Positions 1 to 9,954 are shown, numbered from the stretch's first letter. The stretch is 25,117 nucleotides of DNA from Campylobacterota bacterium (GCA_034661055.1 JAYEKO010000008.1:1-25117); one strand, 5' to 3'. Numbers and translations: made by a program. The notes: generated by a model not told the origin, from the sequence alone.

Positions 1-949
1 GAACCCCTTCAAATTCTACATGTAAATTGCTACTGCCTTCTGCTAAAGCTTTAATAGTGTTATTAGCATCAACTTGAATAATACTTGTATTGTCAGCAAT
101 CAACAGTACTTCCGAGATGACATTAGTGCTTTTCCCATTGTTGTAAGATGCTACAGCTGTAAATGCCATGGTAGCGTCAAGTGGCATCTCAAAAGCATCT
201 AAAGTAAAAGAGAGTTCAGTAACGATTGGCTTATTAATCTTGACAGTGATAACAGCTATATTGCTATCACCTGCGTCATTTATTGCAACAACTTGAAATT
301 GATAGATTGGTTTAACCGTATAGTCTAAAATCGTATTTGGCCGTAGCGTTATGACTCCTTGTGCATCAACTGAAAAACTACTGTTGTCATCTCCACTGAG
401 CGTAAAAGCAGAAATGTTACTGTCACCGCTTTTTAGAATAGGAACTGCTCCTATCTGAGCACTGCTGTTTTCATCGATGCTGAATGTTGTGCCTGAAATT
501 ATAGGGGTGACATCTGCTACATTTTTTACATGTATATTTAGAGTTTGGAATGATTCCAATCCAATATTGTCTATTGCTTTAATGATAACTTCATAAGTGT
601 TATCACTATTGCTGTCTGCCGAAGATTCATAATTTGGTGCTGTTTTAAATGTTAAAGTCCCTGTGCTGCTTTCAAATGTAAAAAGTGCTGCATCACCATC
701 AGTCTCTAAAAGGAGTGTTACAGGTAAACTCTCATCGGTTGCGGCAATAGTTATAGCAGCAGTTTGATTTTCAAGTACCGTGATTTCATTAGGTGATATG
801 AAGTGTGGTAGTTGACTATCGGAAATAACAGTAAAACAGTACGAGATATTGTGAACTTTTTTCTTAATATGACAGGATTTGCTATTTTGACCAAATCCAC
901 TGACACTTCCTAATATTAGTAATGTTATTATAATGAATAATTGTCTCAT
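1..949 (-). CDS. Secreted Ig-like/cadherin-domain surface protein, copy A (3' end runs off the window)
   Basis: Not in the ORF track because no stop lies in the window. Manual translation from ATG 949 gives MRQLFIIITLLILGSVSGFG (signal peptide), two bacterial cadherin-like repeats (ENQTAAITIAATDE...DAALFTFESSTGTLTFKTAPNYE...DNTYEVIIKA and FSIDENSSAQIG...FSVDAQGVITL...LDY...YQFQVVA) and a Big_2-like segment. Shared blocks match 1356-2609 almost exactly. Confidence 0.85.
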   Translation of the reverse strand, partial: MRQLFIIITLLILGSVSGFGQNSKSCHIKKKVHNISYCFTVISDSQLPHFISPNEITVLENQTAAITIAATDESLPVTLLLETDGDAALFTFESSTGTLTFKTAPNYESSADSNSDNTYEVIIKAIDNIGLESFQTLNIHVKNVADVTPIISGTTFSIDENSSAQIGAVPILKSGDSNISAFTLSGDDNSSFSVDAQGVITLRPNTILDYTVKPIYQFQVVAINDAGDSNIAVITVKINKPIVTELSFTLDAFEMPLDATMAFTAVASYNNGKSTNVISEVLLIADNTSIIQVDANNTIKALAEGSSNLHVEFEGV

Positions 950-1053
950 ATCTTTCCCTTAAAAATTAAATTGGATTTATTTTATCATATTGAACGGTTT
1001 TACCGGTAATTTATTTTAACAATATATTATTGAATGACTAGATGTAACTATAT
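1..1053. repeat. Direct repeat copy A (gene plus about 100 bp upstream), paired with 1853-2713
   Basis: Blocks 1-215=1853-2067, 438-518=2068-2148, 561-609=2149-2197, 820-866=2198-2244 and 867-1053=2527-2713. Only 3 substitutions seen (128/1980, 941/2601, 1041/2701). Confidence 0.95.
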
Positions 1054-1077
1054 TACGTAAATAAATATTATTTAAAA

Positions 1078-1335
<258 letters not shown>

Positions 1336-1355
1336 AGTATATGACTCTTCTCATC

Positions 1356-2609
1356 CTACTCACCTTCTAGCATCTTGGTGACATTAAAATCACAATAACT
1401 TGCATTTATATCACTAAATTTTGGTCCACTATAAACCCCTCCACTTAATAGAAGGTCGTAAGCGAGATAACGTTGGATACGTGCTTTTGTATTTAACGTA
1501 CTCTCTTTCGGAAACTTTAAATCATTATCAGGCCAAGGAATATTTAAAACAAATTCAAGGTACTCTGAACATAATGTCACTCTCTCACTAATTTTAGTAA
1601 CTTCTCTCGCTTTCTCTTTTATAAGAGGCGTAGAGAGTTCAATCTGGTAACTTTTAGCATAGCCCATTGCTACTGCTCTCTCAATGGGTCTATCAAACTC
1701 AAAATAGATCTTCCGCTCGACATCATCACGAACATTATTATTATTGGTATCAATACCTAAAAGTGTTGCATTATTGATTGCCGGATCAGGCTCAGGTGGC
1801 AGTCTCTCTCCATTCATCTCAAGGTACACCAAAAGATTTTGAGTGTTAGAATGAACCCCTTCAAATTCTACATGTAAATTGCTACTGCCTTCTGCTAAAG
1901 CTTTAATAGTGTTATTAGCATCAACTTGAATAATACTTGTATTGTCAGCAATCAACAGTACTTCCGAGATGACATTAGTACTTTTCCCATTGTTGTAAGA
2001 TGCTACAGCTGTAAATGCCATGGTAGCGTCAAGTGGCATCTCAAAAGCATCTAAAGTAAAAGAGAGTATAGGAACTGCTCCTATCTGAGCACTGCTGTTT
2101 TCATCGATGCTGAATGTTGTGCCTGAAATTATAGGGGTGACATCTGCTCCAATATTGTCTATTGCTTTAATGATAACTTCATAAGTGTTATCACTATCGG
2201 AAATAACAGTAAAACAGTACGAGATATTGTGAACTTTTTTCTTATTGAGTGTTTTAAGGGTTTTTATATCTAAAGAGTATAGGCCAGGTTCTAATGAATT
2301 TTCAGGAGTGAAACGTAATATATTTTCTATCTCATTATACTGCAGATTTCCAGAAATTTTAACTTTCTTTTTTGCAGAAATATTTTCTAGTTTGATACTA
2401 TTCTTTTTAATACGCTTTGGATCGAGTGCTACATTAAAAACAACTTCAATGGAAGTAAACTTTGATACATTCTCATTTGAGACACTTGGAGTTAATATGG
2501 TAATAATTTCTTGATCAACTCCCTTAATATGACAGGATTTGCTATTTTGACCAAATCCACTGACACTTCCTAATATTAGTAATGTTATTATAATGAATAA
2601 CTGTCTCAT
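1356..2609 (-). CDS. Secreted Ig-like domain surface protein, copy B (Big_5-like, Big_2-like and LPPEPDP-type C-terminal region)
   Basis: 417 aa ORF with signal peptide and SD-like AAGGG upstream. Big_5/SbsA-like segment IEVVFNVALDP...LRFTPENSLEPGLYSL. C-terminal LPPEPDPAINNATLLGIDTNNNNVRDDVE contains a Ca-binding-like DxNxNxVxD motif. Confidence 0.85.
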   Translation of the reverse strand: MRQLFIIITLLILGSVSGFGQNSKSCHIKGVDQEIITILTPSVSNENVSKFTSIEVVFNVALDPKRIKKNSIKLENISAKKKVKISGNLQYNEIENILRFTPENSLEPGLYSLDIKTLKTLNKKKVHNISYCFTVISDSDNTYEVIIKAIDNIGADVTPIISGTTFSIDENSSAQIGAVPILSFTLDAFEMPLDATMAFTAVASYNNGKSTNVISEVLLIADNTSIIQVDANNTIKALAEGSSNLHVEFEGVHSNTQNLLVYLEMNGERLPPEPDPAINNATLLGIDTNNNNVRDDVERKIYFEFDRPIERAVAMGYAKSYQIELSTPLIKEKAREVTKISERVTLCSEYLEFVLNIPWPDNDLKFPKESTLNTKARIQRYLAYDLLLSGGVYSGPKFSDINASYCDFNVTKMLEGE

Positions 2610-2713
2610 ATCTTTCCCTTAAAAATTAAATTGGATTTATTTTATCATATTGAACGGTTTTACCGGTAATTTATTTTAACAATATATTATTGAATGACTA
2701 AATGTAACTATAT
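1853..2713. repeat. Direct repeat copy B, paired with 1-1053
   Basis: Same blockwise alignment as copy A. Identity ends at 2713/1053. Confidence 0.95.
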
Positions 2714-2778
2714 GAATTTTTTGATGCTGTGACCCCTACTGCTTATAGCTATAGATATGCTCTTAAGCAAAGAGTATT

Positions 2779-2784
2779 TATAAT
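2779..2784 (+). promoter_or_regulatory. Putative sigma70 -10 box for the PIN-PhoH gene
   Basis: TATAAT 31 nt before ATG 2816, with TTAAG upstream and an AAGG SD at 2804-2807. Confidence 0.5.
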
Positions 2785-2815
2785 AGCTTTACTTTAAAGT
2801 TAAAAGGTTTTTCAA

Positions 2816-4264
2816 ATGGAAAATTCTCAAAGCTGTTATCTTCTTGATACGTCTGTCATCCTTGATGACCCTACAAATATTTTAAAAATTAGTGAAAATA
2901 ATCAAAATATTATTGTTATTACCAACATTGTCTTAGCGGAACTCAACTCCAAAAAAGATGATATGCGTTCTGATGCAGGCTTTCGGGCTAGAGAGTTTTT
3001 CAGACTTGCTGATGATGCTCAGGGGAGCCCCATTGCTGTAGATGCTTTACCTCCTTGTCTAGAGTGTGAGACTAAAGAGAATGACAAGTACTACAGGCTT
3101 TCATTTATATTTGATAGTTCATTGTATGAAGATGCTGTTGATGCGATTGAACTCTATATCGTTCATCGAGAGTCCTATAATATTACACGCTCTTTTAGTG
3201 AACCAAAAGGGTTAAATGATGCAAAAATTGCAGAAATTGCAGATGCTTATGATTTGATACTGTTGACAAACGACATCTCTTTTAAGATTGCGGCACATAT
3301 TAAAGGAATAGAAGCTCAAAGTATTAGTAATACCAGCGTACAGCACCCTGAAAGTATCGAGTTCTCTCATATTTATTACTATAGCGACACCCCCTATGTA
3401 GATAAAGACGAGCATTACAATTTTGAACAATTGACCTTTATTGAAGAAGCAAAAAGCCAAAACAATGAGATTTATGAGACGGGAATTCAGAAATATGCTC
3501 TGATGTTCAATAATAATTTAGAGTGGTGTGAATTTGACAAACGTTTTGGAGAACATTTTAATGAAATGTTGGTGCGACCTATTAATTTAGAACAGAAGTT
3601 TTACTACTCAATGCTAACGCATCCACGGAACTACATTACTGTTATTGCAGGCTCTACAGGTTCTGGGAAGACGCTTATTGCCTTGCAGGCTGGACTCGAG
3701 CTTTATAATGATGGTGTAGTTGATGGTATTGTTTATGCCAGAAATACAGTGACCTCAACAGACCAGCAATCAGAATTGGGTTTTAGAAAAGGAGATGAAG
3801 AGCAGAAGCTTGGTTATTTTATGTATCCACTTTACTCTGCAGTTAACTTTACCATTGAAAATCAAACCCAGCGTTCAATAGATTCTCAAGTTGAATATAC
3901 AGGTAATGTCAACTCAGTAAAACGAGAAAATTCTACAGAGCTTTTTATGGCAAAGCACAATATTGAAGTGATGGATATTGCACATATGCGCGGTACAACC
4001 ATTTCACGCAAATTTGTCATTATTGATGAGGCACAAAATATGACCAATGCAACATTAAAATTAATCGGTACTCGTATGGGGAGCGATACCCGTTTAGCAG
4101 TTATGGGAGATACTCGTCAGATTGATCATCCTTTTCTCTCAAAGAAGAGAAATGCGCTGGTAACACTGCTAAATAAAGCACAAAACAGTGACTTTGTTGC
4201 GGGAATACAACTGCGCCATACCATAAGAAGTGAAGTAGCAAACTGGTTCGATAAAAACTTTTAA
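2816..4264 (+). CDS. PhoH family ATPase with N-terminal PIN domain (PhoH2/YlaK-like)
   Basis: PIN motifs YLLDTSVILDDP, VLAEL, NDAKI and LLTND. Walker A GSTGSGKT, plus RGTT, IIDEAQN and GDTRQID PhoH motifs. Confidence 0.92.
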   Translation: MENSQSCYLLDTSVILDDPTNILKISENNQNIIVITNIVLAELNSKKDDMRSDAGFRAREFFRLADDAQGSPIAVDALPPCLECETKENDKYYRLSFIFDSSLYEDAVDAIELYIVHRESYNITRSFSEPKGLNDAKIAEIADAYDLILLTNDISFKIAAHIKGIEAQSISNTSVQHPESIEFSHIYYYSDTPYVDKDEHYNFEQLTFIEEAKSQNNEIYETGIQKYALMFNNNLEWCEFDKRFGEHFNEMLVRPINLEQKFYYSMLTHPRNYITVIAGSTGSGKTLIALQAGLELYNDGVVDGIVYARNTVTSTDQQSELGFRKGDEEQKLGYFMYPLYSAVNFTIENQTQRSIDSQVEYTGNVNSVKRENSTELFMAKHNIEVMDIAHMRGTTISRKFVIIDEAQNMTNATLKLIGTRMGSDTRLAVMGDTRQIDHPFLSKKRNALVTLLNKAQNSDFVAGIQLRHTIRSEVANWFDKNF

Positions 4265-4335
4265 AAAGGCTCCAAAAGCGTACTTTAACCATTAAATCGC
4301 TAGCATACTTAGCATAATAATAAAGTGGGGTGATT

Positions 4336-5442
4336 ATGGACACTATTAATATACTGGCTGTAGATGATGAGCCATTTAATTTAGATCTTATAGAAGCGGC
4401 TTTAGAAGAACAAAGTCACGTAAACCTTACCTTTGCAGAAGATGGTTTTAAAGCCATAGAGCTAATCTCAGAAATTAAATTTGATGTGGTTTTATTAGAC
4501 ATTAGTATGCCTGATATGGACGGCATAGAAGTGCTTGAGAAGATTCGTGCCGATGAAAAAAACTCGAAGCTACCTGTGTTAATGGTTACAGCAAATCCAG
4601 AGAAAAAGCTAGAAGCGTTTGAAAAAGGGGCTAGTGATTTCATTACTAAACCTTATAATATTGAAGAGTTAAAATTAAGAACACTCAACTATGCAAAAAT
4701 AAGCAGATACCAACTACAGATAAACAGACATAATGAGATGTTGGAGAAAAAGGTGCAAGAGCGCACCCAAGATCTGCAGAAAAGCTTGACTCTTGCTAAA
4801 GAGACAGAATATGAGATCTCTATCCGTTTAGGAAGAGCATCTGAGTTTCGTGACTTAGAGACAGGCGGCCATATTAAAAGAATGAGCTATTACTCAGAGC
4901 ATTTGGCACGACTTTATGGATTAGATGATGCCGAGTGTGAACTCGTTTTATATGCCGCTCCTCTGCACGATATTGGAAAAGTAGGTATTCCAGATAAAAT
5001 CCTTCTAAAGCCGGGACGTTTTGTCGGTAATGAGTTTGAAATAATGAAAAAACATTCAGAAATTGGTGCCAAGATGCTTGAAGATTCAGACGCTTTTCCT
5101 GTTTTAAAAGCGGGTCGTATAATAGCACTAGAGCATCATGAAAAGTATGATGGTACGGGTTATCCTAACAGTATTAAAGGTGAAAACATACATCTATATG
5201 CCCGAATTGTGGCTATTGCTGATGTCTTTGATGCACTAAGCTCTAAACGAGTCTATAAGGATGCGATGCCACTTGAAAAGACCCTCTCTATTATGAAAGA
5301 GTCATCAGGAGAGCATTTTGATCCGGTGCTGTTAAATCTTTTCTTAGATAACCTAGATGACTTTTTAGAGATTAGAGATAAGTTTCCAGATGATGATAAC
5401 TACCACTCCATATTAGACCTAATTGAAGAGACGAAGCAATGA
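4336..5442 (+). CDS. Response regulator with HD-GYP cyclic-di-nucleotide phosphodiesterase domain (RpfG-like)
   Basis: REC motifs VDDE, LLDISMPDMDG and KP. HD-GYP motifs ETGGHIKR, LHDIGK, HHEKYDGTGYP and ADVFDAL. Alternative GTG start at 4330. Confidence 0.93.
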   Translation: MDTINILAVDDEPFNLDLIEAALEEQSHVNLTFAEDGFKAIELISEIKFDVVLLDISMPDMDGIEVLEKIRADEKNSKLPVLMVTANPEKKLEAFEKGASDFITKPYNIEELKLRTLNYAKISRYQLQINRHNEMLEKKVQERTQDLQKSLTLAKETEYEISIRLGRASEFRDLETGGHIKRMSYYSEHLARLYGLDDAECELVLYAAPLHDIGKVGIPDKILLKPGRFVGNEFEIMKKHSEIGAKMLEDSDAFPVLKAGRIIALEHHEKYDGTGYPNSIKGENIHLYARIVAIADVFDALSSKRVYKDAMPLEKTLSIMKESSGEHFDPVLLNLFLDNLDDFLEIRDKFPDDDNYHSILDLIEETKQ

Positions 5443-5801
5443 AAGTCTTAATCGTAGAGGACAATGAGTTTAACTATATGGTACTTCAAGATATGATTGA
5501 AATTCTTTTTCCAAATGTAGAGGTGGCAATACATGACTCTGCTGTTAAGTCTTTAGAAGAGGGCAGTCATGAGCAGTATGGACTTATTTTAAGTGATATC
5601 GACATGCCTGAAATGAGCGGTTTTGAGTTTTTTACCAAACTAAGAGAGCTGGGTTTTACAATGCCTGTTATTGCAGTTACTGCATTAGCTGTCACTGGAG
5701 ATAAAGATAAAATACTGATGCACGGTTTCAGTGACTATGTTTCAAAGCCAATTGATTTAAATGAACTACAAAGAGTGCTGGAGAAGTACATAAAGGTATA
5801 A
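5439..5801 (+). CDS. Single-domain response regulator (CheY/DivK-like receiver)
   Basis: VLIVEDN, SDIDMPEMSG, VIAVTA and SKP motifs. ATGA overlap with the upstream gene. Confidence 0.92.
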   Translation: MKVLIVEDNEFNYMVLQDMIEILFPNVEVAIHDSAVKSLEEGSHEQYGLILSDIDMPEMSGFEFFTKLRELGFTMPVIAVTALAVTGDKDKILMHGFSDYVSKPIDLNELQRVLEKYIKV

Positions 5802-5802
5802 C

Positions 5803-8115
5803 ATGAAAGTATTAGATGATTTTTTGGATGACTTCAGTTTTAGTGATAAAGACAGGATTGAAAGAGAGAACTTAAAATCACATATCGTCTCACTCTCATC
5901 TGTTGTAGTTGATGAGTTCTACCGCTCATATCTTAAGCCAAATACCAAATTAATAGCTTTTTTAGCAGATAAAGATGGCGCACTTCTGCTTAAGAAGATA
6001 AAAGAGTTTGTTGTATTTCTTTTTAATGCTCCTATGAATGAAGCGTATATGCATAGAATTGAGTATATTGGGTTAATTCACCACTCAATAAAACTACCGC
6101 CAGCAAAAGTGAGCTATGGGTTTTATTCAATTAATCAAATTATATTAAAGTTATCGCTAAGCAATCAGCTTTTAAGAGACTCTTTAGGTATTATTTTTAA
6201 AGTACTTGCTATTGCAGAATCAATTATGAATGAGAGTTTCTATTCTCAGGAGCGAAAAAAGCTAAAAGAAGAGGATCGCAATAGGGAGTTTCTGAAAGTC
6301 TTAGATGATCTCTATGGTATTACACAGTTTCATGAAGTCAACATGAACAAGATTCTTAAGTTACAATCCAATAATATGCCATTTGGTAGTCTAGAGACAG
6401 AAATAGAAGCAGATCATACAAAATGTGCTATGGGAAAATCTATTGTAGAGTTAAAAGACAATCACGATTTTCTAAAGAATTTTGGGATGGATATTCAAGA
6501 GATAGAGCGTTTACATGTAAAATGGCATACTAACTATAGAGAACTCTTAAGTGCTACAGCAGAAAATTTAGATCTTATTATTGATGAGATGAATGCTATA
6601 ACTAAAGAGCTGATTAGTTCGGTATCAAAGCCGATGCAAGCTTATGGTAATAAAAGTTTTTTAGCCTTAAAATCAGGAATACAGTCCATAAAGTCACTAA
6701 CTGAAGTGTTCTATATTGGTGGGAATACATCTATTGATGGGCAAAAAAACTATTTGACAGACACAATTAAACACAATATTGAGAGTAACTTCTCTTGGGC
6801 TATAAAAAATATTGTTATAGGTTCAGATAGATTGCAGAGTGATAGTTTTGATATTGTAAAAACGATAGCTTCTGAAAAAGATCCCGTCTATATTGGTTTA
6901 AACATAAAAGATACAATAGAGTCCTCTTATTTAAAAGAGATGTTTCAACTTCTTTTTGAAGCACTGGAGATGAACGTTTTCATACATAAAAGAGAGCGTT
7001 CACTTTCTCATTTTGCAGAGAAAGCTGAAAGTGCTAACCGCTCAAAAGATATTTTCTTAGCAAATATGTCTCATGAGCTGCGAACGCCACTTAATGCTAT
7101 TATTGGGTTTTCTCAAATTATTATGTCTCGTGCCGATACACCTGATAATGTCAAGAAGTATGTAGATAAAATACATATTGCAGGAAATAATCTTTTAGAT
7201 CTGGTCAATACTATTTTAGACTTTGCAAAGCTTGAGGCTGGAAAGATGCAGTTCACTCCTAAGCTAAGTGCAATTGAGCAGATAATAAAAGAGGTAATTG
7301 TACTAACAACACCACTTGCAGAGAAAAAAAATATTGATGTAAGCTATCCAAACATAAAGTCTTTAAATATTATGCTTGATCCAACTCTATTTAAACAGGT
7401 ACTTATTAACTTGCTGACTAATGCGATTAAGTTTACGCCTGATGGTGGAACTGTTACACTGGACATGAGGTACGATAAAGCATCAAAAGAGTATATTTTT
7501 GAAGTGCGTGATAGCGGAATTGGAATATCTAAAAAAGCGCAACAAGAGCTGTTTAAACCGTTTTCTCAGATTGAAAATGTTTATCAAAAAGAGCAAAAAG
7601 GTACAGGACTTGGTCTTATGATCAGTAAAAAGATTGTTGAAGAGCTGCATAGAGGAAAAATCTGGGCTGAGAGTGAAGAGGGAGAGGGGAGCTGTTTTTA
7701 TGTTTCAATACCAACACCTGCTGTTGATTCGCATACCTACACGGTAAATGAGGCCGCTGGTAATAAAACAGTACTGGTGGTAGAAGACAGTGTAGAATAT
7801 CAAAATATAATAGCTGAGAATTTAAAAGAGCACTACAGCTTGACATTTACAAATACCGTAAATAGAGCAAAAGAGATACTTTACGAGAATAGAGAGTTTG
7901 ATTTTGTCATACTTGACTACTTTCTCTTAGATGGGGTTAGTTCAGAGGTGTTAAAGTACATGAAAGATGAGAATATTAATATTACCTGCATAGTGATTTC
8001 AGCTGAAAATGGTATGCATATCTCAAAGTCACTCGATGGATTTAGTAATTTACAGAGTATTTTAAATAAAGATGATATTAATAATATATGTGCCTTGTTA
8101 AAAGGAGGGAGCTAA
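5803..8115 (+). CDS. Cytoplasmic hybrid sensor histidine kinase: sensor globin, CZB-like, HisKA, HATPase and REC domains
   Basis: Globin-coupled-sensor features (DEFY; IGLIH, His93). CZB-like H177, C208 (DHTKCAMGK), H238 and H242. H box FLANMSHELRTPL, N box NLLTNAIKF, G boxes DSGIG and GTGLGL. C-terminal receiver VVEDS...ILDYF. Confidence 0.88.
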   Translation: MKVLDDFLDDFSFSDKDRIERENLKSHIVSLSSVVVDEFYRSYLKPNTKLIAFLADKDGALLLKKIKEFVVFLFNAPMNEAYMHRIEYIGLIHHSIKLPPAKVSYGFYSINQIILKLSLSNQLLRDSLGIIFKVLAIAESIMNESFYSQERKKLKEEDRNREFLKVLDDLYGITQFHEVNMNKILKLQSNNMPFGSLETEIEADHTKCAMGKSIVELKDNHDFLKNFGMDIQEIERLHVKWHTNYRELLSATAENLDLIIDEMNAITKELISSVSKPMQAYGNKSFLALKSGIQSIKSLTEVFYIGGNTSIDGQKNYLTDTIKHNIESNFSWAIKNIVIGSDRLQSDSFDIVKTIASEKDPVYIGLNIKDTIESSYLKEMFQLLFEALEMNVFIHKRERSLSHFAEKAESANRSKDIFLANMSHELRTPLNAIIGFSQIIMSRADTPDNVKKYVDKIHIAGNNLLDLVNTILDFAKLEAGKMQFTPKLSAIEQIIKEVIVLTTPLAEKKNIDVSYPNIKSLNIMLDPTLFKQVLINLLTNAIKFTPDGGTVTLDMRYDKASKEYIFEVRDSGIGISKKAQQELFKPFSQIENVYQKEQKGTGLGLMISKKIVEELHRGKIWAESEEGEGSCFYVSIPTPAVDSHTYTVNEAAGNKTVLVVEDSVEYQNIIAENLKEHYSLTFTNTVNRAKEILYENREFDFVILDYFLLDGVSSEVLKYMKDENINITCIVISAENGMHISKSLDGFSNLQSILNKDDINNICALLKGGS

Positions 8116-8118
8116 AAA

Positions 8119-9948
8119 ATGTGGAAGTTATTGCTTAAAAACAGTATTGTTGTTCCTATTTTGATGATAGCCTCGCTGATGGTGGTGGGTATTATTACAC
8201 TTATTCCGTATATATCAGATAAGGGTACCATTGAACGAGAGACTGAAAAAGCCAAAGAGTTAGTAGGTTATATACGTACGTTTCGATCCTACTATACGGA
8301 TCATGTTATCTCTAAAATTAATAGTGAAACTGATTTACATGTAAATTATGATCACAAAGACCATAACAATACTGTTCCTCTTCCTGCTACCACGCTACAT
8401 GATATAAGTGAACTCATTACACAAGGTTCCAAAGGTTCAATTAAGATGTATAGCGGGTACCCTTTTCCAAATCGTTCTCATCGTGTTCTTGATAGTTTTG
8501 AGAAACATGCACTAAGCTATTTAAATAAAAACCCTAATCAGACCTACGTTAAAAAAGAGACTATTGATTCAAAGCCAGTGCTGCGTGTTGCTTTAGCAGA
8601 TATTTTCTATTCACCTGTATGTGTAGAGTGCCATAATACCCGTGCAGATACTCCAAAAGATGATTGGAAAATTGGTGATGTTCGTGGTATTATTGAGGTC
8701 ATTACTCCACTGCAAAAACAGTATAGTTTTAATGAGTCAATTGCAGAATATGTACTCTATTTTATTCTTTTTAACTTGCTTATTCTTTTTGGTACTTTGA
8801 TGTACCTAAGGCATAAAGAGCTAGGAAAAGCTAATGATAAACTCAATAACGAAGTACAAAAACAGACGAGTGAGTTGATTCAGAGTAATAAAATTCTTTT
8901 TGAATACAAAAAAGCTGTCGATGCTGGGGCCATAGTCTCTAAAACTAACTCTAAGGGAATCATTACCTATGTTAATGATGAGTTTGTACGAATATCTGGT
9001 TTTAGTAAAAGTGAGTTAATTGGAAATTCACATAGCATGGTGCGTAGTCCCGAGGTTTCCAATGAAGTTTTTAAAAATTTATGGCAGACCATTAAAGCAA
9101 AGAAAATCTGGCATGGAACCATTCAAAACAGAACTAAAGATGATGAGAGCTATTATGTACAGGCAACAATAGTGCCTATACTTGATGCCAAAGGTGAAAT
9201 CTTAGAGTATTTGGCACTGCGCTACGATATTACTCCTCAAATTATTGCACTAGAACAAACCAAAGCTAGTGAACGGGCCAAGGGTACGTTCTTAGCAAAT
9301 ATGAGTCATGAACTGCGAACACCACTCAATGCAATTATTGGATTTTCACAGATTCTTATGATGAAACCTGACACGTCAGATCAGGTGAAAAGCTATATAG
9401 AAAAAATTAATATCTCAGGAAATAACTTGCTTGGACTAGTCAATACTATTCTTGACTTTTCTAAAATTGAGGCGGGCAAGATGGAGTATAATCCATCTCT
9501 TTGCACACTCCAGAGTGTTATTAGTGAGGCAGTTTTACTAACAGAACCTTCTGCCGCGAAAAAGTCTATTTCTATTGTGACTCCTGATGTAGAGGTGGAT
9601 ATCTTTATGGATGCTCAATTAATAAAACAGGTGCTAATTAATTTAATAACCAACGCTATTAAGTTTTCAGATGATAATTCACAAGTTGATATAAGCTACA
9701 GCTACAGTGAAAAAGCTCATAGTATTAGTGTTAAAGATAGTGGACTTGGTATTGATGCTGAGTTGATTCCAACACTGTTTGACCCGTTTACTCAGGTTGA
9801 AGAACATCAGAAATATGCTATTAAAGGAACCGGTCTTGGTCTTGCCATTGCCAAGCGTATTATGGATCTGCATCATGGACGTATATGGATTGAGAGTGAA
9901 GTGGGTGTAGGTAGTATATTTTATATTGAGTTGCCAATCAAGGCATAA
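8119..9948 (+). CDS. Membrane sensor histidine kinase: periplasmic heme c (DUF3365/Tll0287-like), PAS, HisKA and HATPase domains
   Basis: Two TM segments flank RSYYT, PLPAT, YPFPNR and CVECH...WKIGDVRG. PAS region GIITYVNDEFVRISGFSKSELIG. H, N and G boxes present. Confidence 0.9.
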   Translation: MWKLLLKNSIVVPILMIASLMVVGIITLIPYISDKGTIERETEKAKELVGYIRTFRSYYTDHVISKINSETDLHVNYDHKDHNNTVPLPATTLHDISELITQGSKGSIKMYSGYPFPNRSHRVLDSFEKHALSYLNKNPNQTYVKKETIDSKPVLRVALADIFYSPVCVECHNTRADTPKDDWKIGDVRGIIEVITPLQKQYSFNESIAEYVLYFILFNLLILFGTLMYLRHKELGKANDKLNNEVQKQTSELIQSNKILFEYKKAVDAGAIVSKTNSKGIITYVNDEFVRISGFSKSELIGNSHSMVRSPEVSNEVFKNLWQTIKAKKIWHGTIQNRTKDDESYYVQATIVPILDAKGEILEYLALRYDITPQIIALEQTKASERAKGTFLANMSHELRTPLNAIIGFSQILMMKPDTSDQVKSYIEKINISGNNLLGLVNTILDFSKIEAGKMEYNPSLCTLQSVISEAVLLTEPSAAKKSISIVTPDVEVDIFMDAQLIKQVLINLITNAIKFSDDNSQVDISYSYSEKAHSISVKDSGLGIDAELIPTLFDPFTQVEEHQKYAIKGTGLGLAIAKRIMDLHHGRIWIESEVGVGSIFYIELPIKA

Positions 9949-9954
9949 TGTAGA

